The position numbers were made by a program, and so were the translations under genes. From Gammaproteobacteria bacterium (lineage in GTDB: Bacteria > Pseudomonadota > Gammaproteobacteria > CBDBNL01 > JAAOII01): DNA of 64,000 nucleotides. The notes beneath the pieces were generated by a model. That model searched no databases, was not told the DNA's origin, and saw only the letters and a list, made by a program, of their open reading frames with translations. Location of the stretch: contig OZ242292.1 in the NCBI GenBank assembly GCA_965207705.1, positions 1,033,309-1,097,308 of the forward strand, given 5' to 3'. This document shows, in pieces, positions 29,057 through 37,414 of the stretch (positions are counted from its first letter, which is position 1; each line of letters begins with the position of its first letter).

Positions 29057-30075
29057 CCATTTGCAAGGTTTATATAATCTTTATTTAGTTCTATCCCCAA
29101 ATAATTTACTCCCAATTGCTTTGCCGCCACACATTCAGAACCAGAACCAGCAAACGGCACTAATGCCGTCCCAACCTCTTCGCCTGCCACAGCAGATCTG
29201 ATGAGTTGCTGGGTTAAATATAATGGTTTTTGTGTGGGGTGTTTAATAACAGAATGCTCGCGATGATGTTTTAGCTCGGAAGGAGGGAATATCTGATTAT
29301 CGCAGGTTTGACATAGAAACCATCTCTCGCTCGCACCAGCGCCGCCTGCTAAAGCCGGATAATGCAATACGTCACGCGGCAAGGCGCCGCGTGGATGCAC
29401 ATTGTAAACTGTATCTTTGTTTTGATTGTTATAACGGCAGGGCACGCTCAAACGCTTCTTGCCGCCAAGTTTTTTATAACTCTCGGTATAAGGAATACGG
29501 ATCTCATCAATGTTGATAATTGGGCGTTTGCCTTTCCAAAAACAAATTATGGTTTCATGGCTTCTCTGCCAAAACTTGGATGAAGGAACTGCCTTGTTCG
29601 TGTAGTGCCAAGCCAGCCACCTTTGTTTATCCAAGGGAAAGCGCACTGCCAAGTGCGCAATTATTTCGCTCAAGCCATATACATAAACGGGCTTGCCCTG
29701 CTTAACTAAGCGTAAGCATTCGTGCAACCATTGCTCACACCACGAGATATATTCATCGATATGAAGATTGTCGTCATCAATTTTGTTGCCAAAATCCTTG
29801 CCAATGTTGTAGGGCGGATCTGCAATGATAACGTCAAATAAATCATTTTGTTTTATATTTTGCAATACCTTGAGTGCATCTCCACAGATTATGGAGTTTA
29901 ATGGAGGTAATTCAGGCGATTGGTTATCTTTTGGTTTAATTGGATTTAAAAATATTTCTTTTTGTTGCAGAGGATTATAATCCTTGGCGGTAACTCCCTC
30001 CCGCGCAGTCTCCCGTGCAGTATCCGAGCGGAGATTATTCTGTTGGAGTTTCAATGTTCGCGTTGCGTTTGCCAA
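29032..30075 (-). CDS. DNA methyltransferase, beta-class amino-methyltransferase (motif IV DPPY before motif I FAGSG); N6-adenine or N4-cytosine specific
   Basis: 347 aa. IIADPPYNIG (motif IV, res ~85) precedes the C-terminal AdoMet-binding VPFAGSGSECVAAKQLGVNYLGIELN (motif I). This is the circular permutation typical of beta-group N6A/N4C MTases. Confidence 0.85.
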   Translation of the reverse strand: MANATRTLKLQQNNLRSDTARETAREGVTAKDYNPLQQKEIFLNPIKPKDNQSPELPPLNSIICGDALKVLQNIKQNDLFDVIIADPPYNIGKDFGNKIDDDNLHIDEYISWCEQWLHECLRLVKQGKPVYVYGLSEIIAHLAVRFPLDKQRWLAWHYTNKAVPSSKFWQRSHETIICFWKGKRPIINIDEIRIPYTESYKKLGGKKRLSVPCRYNNQNKDTVYNVHPRGALPRDVLHYPALAGGAGASERWFLCQTCDNQIFPPSELKHHREHSVIKHPTQKPLYLTQQLIRSAVAGEEVGTALVPFAGSGSECVAAKQLGVNYLGIELNKDYINLANGWLQQCDQ

Positions 30076-30132
30076 AAGTAATATGCCAAGTTAATTATTA
30101 ATGTTAATATTATACTCGATTTACAAGGGGGG

Positions 30133-31074
30133 CTATGTGGTAAATAGTGGCTCCCCCATTTTGATGGGGGTGTTAGGGTTGGGGACAAGGGATAGGTCGC
30201 GGTTTTCCAATAGCATGACTACGGTGGAGCCCATTTCAAAGTATCCAAGTTCATCTCCTTTGTTAAATTTTTGTGGGGTAGTGCGCTTCTCGGCGGCAGA
30301 ACGGGCGTGATAAACTGATCCCCAAGCCGTCCCGATAGACGAAACAAATAAGGCGGCAACCATCACATAAGCCATCATTCCATATTCTGTTGCAAATACA
30401 CAAGACAAACGCTGATTATGAGCGTATAAAGAGGGGAATCGTTTCACGCTTTTTTCGTTCACCGAGTAAAGCTCGCCTGGAATGAAGTTGGCAAGAGTAA
30501 GCGTAGCGGCGCAGGGGACATGGACGCGATGATAGTTATGCGGCGCCAAATAGATAACCGTGCTTTGCCCGTTGCTGAGAGATTTAACGCGAGAGTCATC
30601 TTCTTCTAAACCAAGGAGTTCGCTAACCGAATAGTCCGCTCCCTTGATGTTGCGGATAATTGGTGACTGGGGTGGCGACTTAGATGGGGAGGGGGGCGGA
30701 GATGATGCGGCATGCGAAATTGTAGGCGTCGTTGCACCTGGGCTAGCGGAATCAGATATGCCTGCAGAACTCAAAGCGACGGTTGTCTTAGCTGATATTC
30801 TGCCATGCTGAATTATGCCGCCATTGGTTAAGGTTCCGTCTGCTGGAGATACAAACGCCGAGGCAGATAAAGGGCGGGCATTCGCTTTGAGGCGGCGCGT
30901 GAAAAAATCGTTGAAGCTAATATAATTGCGTAGCTGCGAATGTAACGCCTCTTGCATATTTGGCTTGTATATAAGTATAAACAGATAGATTAACAGATTC
31001 TTTAACCAACGAATACGACAGTCAGTTAAGGCGCGGGCGGCGGCGGATAAATTCTTTTTCAAGTTCATTCGCAC
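30133..31074 (-). CDS. psd: Phosphatidylserine decarboxylase proenzyme
   Basis: 313 aa. Psd blocks (YISFNDFFTRRL, YHRVHVPC, C-terminal self-cleavage region FEMGSTVVMLL). Carries a ~43-aa Ser/Pro-rich insert (res ~100-142). Confidence 0.85.
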   Translation of the reverse strand: MRMNLKKNLSAAARALTDCRIRWLKNLLIYLFILIYKPNMQEALHSQLRNYISFNDFFTRRLKANARPLSASAFVSPADGTLTNGGIIQHGRISAKTTVALSSAGISDSASPGATTPTISHAASSPPPSPSKSPPQSPIIRNIKGADYSVSELLGLEEDDSRVKSLSNGQSTVIYLAPHNYHRVHVPCAATLTLANFIPGELYSVNEKSVKRFPSLYAHNQRLSCVFATEYGMMAYVMVAALFVSSIGTAWGSVYHARSAAEKRTTPQKFNKGDELGYFEMGSTVVMLLENRDLSLVPNPNTPIKMGEPLFTT

Positions 31075-31910
31075 ACAATGTTATCAATAAGACGAGCTTT
31101 GCCAAGATATGCCGCTCCCAAAATAACAGGTTGTTTATCATCGGGACTTGCGGGCTGCAGGTCGCTTTGGCGACATATATGAATATAGTCAGGACGGAAT
31201 CCTATTTCTTGTAGGCGAGTTAATGCTTGTTCTTCCAGCTGTTGATAATCCTTGTTGCCTCCCTGAATGTCACTTGCCAGTTGTTGCAAAGTGGCATAAA
31301 ATTGTGGAGCTATGGCGCGCTGCTGTTTGGTCAGGTAGCGGTTGCGTGAGCTCAATGCCAAGCCATCATCGGCGCGTCCAGTATCCACCGCTATGATGTT
31401 CACAGGGAAGTGGAGTTCTTTTACCATTATCTGCACTAACCTTAATTGTTGAAAGTCCTTCTTGCCAAATGCCGCATGATGTGGCTTAACTAAATTAAAC
31501 AACAAAGCAACTATAGTCAGCACTCCGATAAAATGCGGCGGGCGGCTAACTCCGCAGTGTAGCCCTGTCATTGAGGAGATATTAACCTGAGTCAGCGGGT
31601 GCTTGCCAGTGACATAAATATCTTCGGCGCGTGGAATAAACACTGCCTTAGCTCCTGCTGTGGTGCAGATTTGCAAGTCCTGTTCCTCCGTGCGCGGGTA
31701 GGCATCAAGATCTTCCCCCTCAGCAAACTGAGTTGGATTAACAAAAATGCTAACCACTAAAACATCACAACAAGAACGGATGTTGTGCATGAGTTTGCTG
31801 TGTCCTTCGTGTAGATTGCCAAGGGTGGGGACAAAACCGATGGACTTGCCTTCTCGGCGAAGTTTATCAGCAAGCGCAGACATTTCCTGAGGCGAACGGA
31901 TTATTTGCAT
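31065..31910 (-). CDS. panC: Pantoate--beta-alanine ligase (pantothenate synthetase)
   Basis: 281 aa. HIGH-type motif LHEGHSKLM and PanC blocks (VVSIFVNPTQF, GKKDFQQL). Confidence 0.9.
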   Translation of the reverse strand: MQIIRSPQEMSALADKLRREGKSIGFVPTLGNLHEGHSKLMHNIRSCCDVLVVSIFVNPTQFAEGEDLDAYPRTEEQDLQICTTAGAKAVFIPRAEDIYVTGKHPLTQVNISSMTGLHCGVSRPPHFIGVLTIVALLFNLVKPHHAAFGKKDFQQLRLVQIMVKELHFPVNIIAVDTGRADDGLALSSRNRYLTKQQRAIAPQFYATLQQLASDIQGGNKDYQQLEEQALTRLQEIGFRPDYIHICRQSDLQPASPDDKQPVILGAAYLGKARLIDNIVCE

Positions 31911-31972
31911 GGTAGTATTATTTTAGCAATTCAGAAACTCAGATGCCAGAGTGACTCGCAGCACAAATAAGA

Positions 31973-32761
31973 TTAATTATAGCTGTGTTCAGCGCTTGGG
32001 AACTCGCCAGCAATGACCTGTTGGCGGAAAAGTCCGATTGCTTCTGCAATAGAATCTGTTGACTCTAAGAAGTTCTTGACAAAAGAAGGGGGGTTGGGGC
32101 TCAGCCCCAGCATATCATAAACAACCAGTACCTGAGCGTCTGTCCCCTTGCCACTGCCTATCCCTATGACTGGCACCTGCGCTTGCTTGGTGATCTGCTC
32201 AGCCACTTCGGCAACCACGCATTCCAACAACAGCATATCCGCGCCAGCATCCTCCGCTTGCTTTGCCAAATCCAACAGCTCGTTTACTTGTCCGTCATTG
32301 CGACCTTTTATGCGATAACCGCCTTCTTTTTCTGCTTGTTGCGGACGCAATCCTAAATGGGCGCAAAAAGATATTCCTTGGCGACTAACTTGATGGAGGG
32401 TAGGCATCATAGCGGCATCTGCTTCAAATTTTACAATCTCAGCTCCAGCGCGTCTCAACCTGAGACAAGAAGCAATTGCTATTGAAGTGTCGTAAGCACA
32501 GCCGATAGGAATATCCGCCATCAACAACGAAGTACTATTACCGCGTGCCACCATCTCGGTATGCCTGGCGATGTCCGCCAGCGAAACCAGTGAAGTTGAA
32601 CTATGTCCTTGAATTACCATGCCTAAGCTATCGCCAACTAAAATCACCTCCACTTGCTGCTCGGATATAATGCGAGAGAAAGTGGCATCATAAGCAGTAA
32701 GGCAAGCAAAGCGATTGCCTTTACGCACTGATTGTTTAATTTGTTGAAGTTTGTTCTTCAT
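31973..32761 (-). CDS. panB: 3-methyl-2-oxobutanoate hydroxymethyltransferase (ketopantoate hydroxymethyltransferase)
   Basis: 262 aa. PanB blocks (LTAYD, VGDSLGMV, HLGLRPQ). Upstream of panC. Confidence 0.9.
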   Translation of the reverse strand: MKNKLQQIKQSVRKGNRFACLTAYDATFSRIISEQQVEVILVGDSLGMVIQGHSSTSLVSLADIARHTEMVARGNSTSLLMADIPIGCAYDTSIAIASCLRLRRAGAEIVKFEADAAMMPTLHQVSRQGISFCAHLGLRPQQAEKEGGYRIKGRNDGQVNELLDLAKQAEDAGADMLLLECVVAEVAEQITKQAQVPVIGIGSGKGTDAQVLVVYDMLGLSPNPPSFVKNFLESTDSIAEAIGLFRQQVIAGEFPSAEHSYN

Positions 32762-32949
32762 AATAATATTTTACACCAAGCGGGGGCGGGTAACCAGAAG
32801 CTCTGTAGAAACCATATCGTGAATTCCAACAACTTAACACACCCCCTAACACCCCCCTTTAACAAATCCCCTTAACACCCTCCCCCCTTAACAAATATAA
32901 GGTTTGTTTGCTACAATATGGACTATATAAACTATATGAACACCTCTAT

Positions 32950-33951
32950 ATGAATAAATGGACTTTGCGCATTCCTGGCAGTAGCGGCAACATGGGCGCT
33001 GGCTTTGATTGTTTTGGTTTAGCGCTCAGCATATACAATGAGTTTTCATGGACACCCGCTGATGAGTATTCGCTATCATTTTCTGGTTCAGTGGAAATTG
33101 CCGCAGATTCACGTCAACTCAACAAAAATTATGTTGTCAAGGCATATAAGCATGCCTGCGATTTTCTTGACATTGCCGAACGTCCTTTTGCTATTCACAC
33201 AGAAGTAAATATTCCTTTGCGCGGCGGGATGGGTTCCAGTGGCACCGCAATTATAGCTGGCTGCGCTATTGCTTTCCTACAAAAGAAAGAGCAAGCCGGG
33301 GGAACAGGAGGAATAGAGGAAGCAGGGGGAACAGGGGGTATCCAAGAAGTATCTAACAAGCAGCTCTCATATATAGATAATGATTTGCGGCACCAGATTC
33401 TGCAGTTAGCAAGCGAATTAGAAAAACATCCAGACAATGCTGCCCCCAGCATTTATGGCGGCTTTGTAATAAGCACCGTAGCAAAAGAAGTACGTGCTTA
33501 TAAATTCCCGGTATCTTCAAAGATAAAGTGCTGGATTATTATGCCGCAAGCCGAAGTGTCCACCAACGAATCGCGCCTTAGCTTGCCGCCAGACGTGCCG
33601 CGGCAAGAAGCGGTGTTTAATATCTCCCATGGCGCGCTAACTGCTGTTGCCTTTGCCACGCAAAAATATGATTTACTTAAAAACGCGGTGATGGATAAAA
33701 TGCATGAAGCACAACGCGATAATATTTATAATTACCAAGACCTTAAACAGCTGCTGTTAAATGCGGGGGCGCTAAGCGTTTCGCTGAGTGGTAGCGGTCC
33801 TACCATGTTGGTGCTGGTGGAGGAGCTATCAGAAGAATTAAAAGCAACAGTAAATAAGCATTTCAATGGTGTTAAAATAGATTACAAGGAAACTTTAATG
33901 GAAGTGGACAACCAAGGAATGACGATTAACTGCGAAGCATTAAATAAATGA
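32950..33951 (+). CDS. thrB: Homoserine kinase (GHMP kinase family)
   Basis: ORF 32908..33951. The likely start is the internal Met (MNKWTLRIPGSSGNMGAGFDCFGLAL, the ThrB N-terminal motif). GHMP motif PLRGGMGSSGTA. Carries an in-frame 27-bp tandem duplication (GGTGGIEEA/GGTGGIQEV). Confidence 0.8.
   Translation: MNKWTLRIPGSSGNMGAGFDCFGLALSIYNEFSWTPADEYSLSFSGSVEIAADSRQLNKNYVVKAYKHACDFLDIAERPFAIHTEVNIPLRGGMGSSGTAIIAGCAIAFLQKKEQAGGTGGIEEAGGTGGIQEVSNKQLSYIDNDLRHQILQLASELEKHPDNAAPSIYGGFVISTVAKEVRAYKFPVSSKIKCWIIMPQAEVSTNESRLSLPPDVPRQEAVFNISHGALTAVAFATQKYDLLKNAVMDKMHEAQRDNIYNYQDLKQLLLNAGALSVSLSGSGPTMLVLVEELSEELKATVNKHFNGVKIDYKETLMEVDNQGMTINCEALNK
33295..33348 (+). repeat. 27-bp tandem duplication inside thrB
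   Basis: gccgggggaacaggaggaatagaggaa followed by gcagggggaacagggggtatccaagaa. It encodes a duplicated AGGTGGI(E/Q)E segment. Confidence 0.7.
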
Positions 33952-33958
33952 GGAACAA

Positions 33959-36646
33959 ATGAGTAAATCTTCTTTAATTTTGGTGGATACATCTGGGTAC
34001 ATCTTTCGCGCCCATCACGCTATGATGCATACGGGATTAACCTCACCAGACGGCAAGCCGACCCATGTTATAATGGGTGTTTTAAATATGCTGGAAAGAT
34101 TGCGCAAGCAATACCCCGATGGTTTATTGGTAACCGTGTTTGATTGCAAAGGTAACGGCGTTCGCGCCGACTGGGATGTCAACTATAAAGCTAACCGCCC
34201 CCCCACTCCACCAGAATTGTCCGAGCAAATACCACCGCTATTGGATATAGTTAAGGCGCGTGGCATCCCCTTAGTTAAAGAAGACAACTGGGAGGCGGAT
34301 GATGCTATCGCTTCTTTAGTGCGTGAGGCAAAAGGCAAATATTCTGACATATATATAGTGACACGCGATAAAGACCTGGCTCAGTTAGTTGACGATAAGG
34401 TGCGGATTATCGCAGACGATGCCAAAGGTGAGCTATGGGATAGCAAAGTAGTTGTAGAAAAATATGGCGTGGCGCCGCTCCAAATCCCGGACTATCTTAG
34501 TTTAATTGGAGACAAGGTAGATAATATACCTGGTGTTGATAAGGTTGGACCCAAGACCGCAGTTGAATGGATTAGTAAGTTTGGTTCATTACAGAAGATT
34601 ATTGACAATGCGGCGGATATTCCTGGCAAAGTGGGAGAGAATCTGCGTGCTGCCATCCCCCATCTGCCGTTGACGTTAAAGATGAACACTCTAATCCATG
34701 ATGCCAAACTTAAAACACCGTTATCCACGCTTAAGCAAACTGCGCCTGATACTGGCAAACTGCAAAAGATGTATATTGAGTTCGGGCTGCATAAGTTTTT
34801 GAATGAGCTACAAATAGAGGATACTACTAAGCGAGAGTACAAAATAATTCTGCAACAGCAGGAGTGGGATAAGCTGCTGAGCAGATTAAACACAAGCTCA
34901 TCTTTTGCCTTTGATTTGGAGACAGATGGACTTGATCATATCTCCTCTAAGATAGTTGGCTTTGCCTTTGCACTTAAAAAAAATGAAGGGTTTTATGTGC
35001 CGTGCGAGCATAGTTACATGGGAGCCCCCCTACAATTAAAAACTGCGGATATTTTGCGCGACATCAAGCCCTTGTTTGCAGATAAAAGTAAAACCATTGT
35101 TGCCCATAACATTAAATTTGATTGCCATATTCTTGCCAACCACGGACAAGAGTTTCCCGCTTGCTACGATGATACTATGTTGATGTCTTATGTTCATAAT
35201 TCCTCGGGACGCCACAATCTTACCTCTTTAGCAGAAAACTATCTGAAGTATAGTAAAAAAGATTTTACCGACTTGGCAGGTAAAGGTAAAAAACAACTCA
35301 CTTTTGACCTCATAGAAATTGATGCGGCTGGCGATTATGCCGCCGATGATGCTAATGCCTGCTTCTGCTTGCACAATATTTTTAACCAAAAGCTTAACGA
35401 GGAGAAGCAAGTGCGAGCGGTGTATGAAAAAATAGAACGTCCTTTGGTGAAAATATTGCTGGAAATGGAAAGGCACGGGGCGCTACTGGATATTGAGCAG
35501 TTGCGGCAGCAAAGCCAAAAACTGGCGAAGGGCATGGCAGAGATTGAAAAGAAGGTCTTCAAGCAGGCAGACAAGATTTTTAATATTAACTCACCAGCGC
35601 AGTTGAAAACAATTTTATTTGAAGAGATGGGTTTCACCGCCGATAAAAAGACCGCAGGCGGACAGCTATCCACTGCCGAGAATGTGCTAGCAGACCTTGC
35701 CAAAGAGCATGAATTCCCTCGCCTGATTTTAGATTATCGCACCTTGAGCAAACTGAAGAATACCTATACGGATACCCTGCCGCTGTTGGCAAAAGAGGGA
35801 ACTAATAGAGTGCATACTTCCTTTCATCAGGCGGTGGCAAGTACTGGACGACTTTCCTCGGTAAATCCCAATCTGCAAAATATTCCCATCCGCACTGCAG
35901 AAGGACGTAATATTCGCGGTGCATTTATTGCTCCACCTGGAATGGTGATAGCATCAGCTGATTATTCACAAATAGAACTGCGCATAATGGCACATTTATC
36001 TGGTGACAAAGCATTACTTAAAGCATTTGAGAAAGAACAGGATATTCATAGCGCCACTGCCGCTGAAGTATTTGGCGTAAAACTGGAGGAGGTTGACCAG
36101 GAGCAAAGAAGGCGCGCCAAGATGATTAACTTTGGCTTAATCTATGGTATGTCTGCCTTCGGGCTTGCCAAGCAGTTGTTGATAAGCAATAAAGAAGCAC
36201 AGGATTTTGTTAATCTATATTTTGAACGTTACCCAGGGGTATTGCAATATATGGAAGACACTCGCGCCAGCGCGGCAAAACTTGGCTGGGCGGAGACACT
36301 GAGCGGCAGACGAGTATATTTGCCGCAGATTAATAGCAGCAATTTTGCGGCAAAGCAAGGAGCTGTGCGTGCCGCCATCAATGCCCCAGTTCAAGGAAGC
36401 GCCGCTGATTTAATAAAATTGGCAATGATAAAGTTGCAACCGCAATTAAAAGAGAGTGATGGCGAGGCAACTATGATTTTGCAGGTTCACGATGAACTGC
36501 TCTTTGAGATAAAAGAAGACGCCCTTGATAAATACAAAAAGATTGTCTGTGATGTAATGGAATCCGTAGCGCCCTTAGATACAAAACTAAAGGTGCAATT
36601 GAAAGTGGATTTTGGTTACGGCGCCAACTGGAAAGTCGCCCACTAA
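33959..36646 (+). CDS. polA: DNA polymerase I
   Basis: 895 aa. 5'-3' exonuclease domain, 3'-5' exonuclease domain (FDLETDGLD) and polymerase domain (motif A DYSQIELRIMAHLS, motif B RRRAKMINFGLIYG, motif C VHDELLFE). Confidence 0.95.
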   Translation: MSKSSLILVDTSGYIFRAHHAMMHTGLTSPDGKPTHVIMGVLNMLERLRKQYPDGLLVTVFDCKGNGVRADWDVNYKANRPPTPPELSEQIPPLLDIVKARGIPLVKEDNWEADDAIASLVREAKGKYSDIYIVTRDKDLAQLVDDKVRIIADDAKGELWDSKVVVEKYGVAPLQIPDYLSLIGDKVDNIPGVDKVGPKTAVEWISKFGSLQKIIDNAADIPGKVGENLRAAIPHLPLTLKMNTLIHDAKLKTPLSTLKQTAPDTGKLQKMYIEFGLHKFLNELQIEDTTKREYKIILQQQEWDKLLSRLNTSSSFAFDLETDGLDHISSKIVGFAFALKKNEGFYVPCEHSYMGAPLQLKTADILRDIKPLFADKSKTIVAHNIKFDCHILANHGQEFPACYDDTMLMSYVHNSSGRHNLTSLAENYLKYSKKDFTDLAGKGKKQLTFDLIEIDAAGDYAADDANACFCLHNIFNQKLNEEKQVRAVYEKIERPLVKILLEMERHGALLDIEQLRQQSQKLAKGMAEIEKKVFKQADKIFNINSPAQLKTILFEEMGFTADKKTAGGQLSTAENVLADLAKEHEFPRLILDYRTLSKLKNTYTDTLPLLAKEGTNRVHTSFHQAVASTGRLSSVNPNLQNIPIRTAEGRNIRGAFIAPPGMVIASADYSQIELRIMAHLSGDKALLKAFEKEQDIHSATAAEVFGVKLEEVDQEQRRRAKMINFGLIYGMSAFGLAKQLLISNKEAQDFVNLYFERYPGVLQYMEDTRASAAKLGWAETLSGRRVYLPQINSSNFAAKQGAVRAAINAPVQGSAADLIKLAMIKLQPQLKESDGEATMILQVHDELLFEIKEDALDKYKKIVCDVMESVAPLDTKLKVQLKVDFGYGANWKVAH

Positions 36647-36654
36647 ATAAAAAA

Positions 36655-37221
36655 CTATTTAGTCGTGTGGCGCAAGATTCTCAAGCTTAATGTAGCCAAC
36701 ACAACTTTTAGCATATCTCCTATGATAAAAGGAGCAACGCCAGCAGTGAAAGCCGTCTTATAACCAATTAAGGCGCCCAACCAAATATAGCCGCATAAGT
36801 ATATAAGAGCGATTGCCGCACTCATCATAATAAGACAAGCAAAGTTCTTTCTATCTAACCCATACTTAACTCCATAACCAAGCAACAGTGCCGCCGCTAT
36901 AAAGCCAATCAAATAGCCGCCAGTGGGTCCAACCATATAGGCGATTCCTATGCCTAACTGAGGTGTGCCGGCAAAAACAGGTAATCCTGCAGCTCCCACC
37001 GCCAAATAAGCACCGATAGTCGCAACGCCCAAACGCAAGCCAGAAACAGCACAGATGACTAAGATAGCCAAGGTCTGCAATGTCATAGGAACTGGATAAA
37101 AGGGCACGGATATTTTAGCGGAAAGGGTTAATAAGCCCACTCCCAATAGAACAACCGCACTAGCGCGCGCCAACTGATAAGGGCGTTCAACCCATAATTT
37201 ATCTAAAATTGCTGTATTCAT
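36655..37221 (-). CDS. bioY: BioY family biotin transporter substrate-binding (S) component
   Basis: 188 aa, 5-6 TM helices, BioY-like block VPFYPVPMTLQTLAILVICAV. Confidence 0.75.
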   Translation of the reverse strand: MNTAILDKLWVERPYQLARASAVVLLGVGLLTLSAKISVPFYPVPMTLQTLAILVICAVSGLRLGVATIGAYLAVGAAGLPVFAGTPQLGIGIAYMVGPTGGYLIGFIAAALLLGYGVKYGLDRKNFACLIMMSAAIALIYLCGYIWLGALIGYKTAFTAGVAPFIIGDMLKVVLATLSLRILRHTTK

Positions 37222-37329
37222 AATTTATCTTTAATAGTTAATTCAAAAAATGTATAGAGGATATTATAAACAAACTTTACTGTTTTTAATACAAATTGCG
37301 AGCATACCGATGCATTATTCCAAGTATCA

Positions 37330-37400
37330 AACATTTAGCGGGCGGAGCAAGGGGGGTAAATAAAAGGGGGGATGAATATAAGCCCTCCGCCCCTACAGAA
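37330..37400. repeat. Diverged copy of the hairpin repeat element
   Basis: gcgggcggagc ... ~40-nt A/G-rich loop ... ccctccgcccctacagaaacg. It has the same gggcggag/ctccgccc arms and the cctacaga tail as the copies at 3303..3388 and 16024..16106. It sits between bioY and the ybbP-like gene. Confidence 0.55.
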
Positions 37401-37414
37401 ACGATGTCGTTTAT

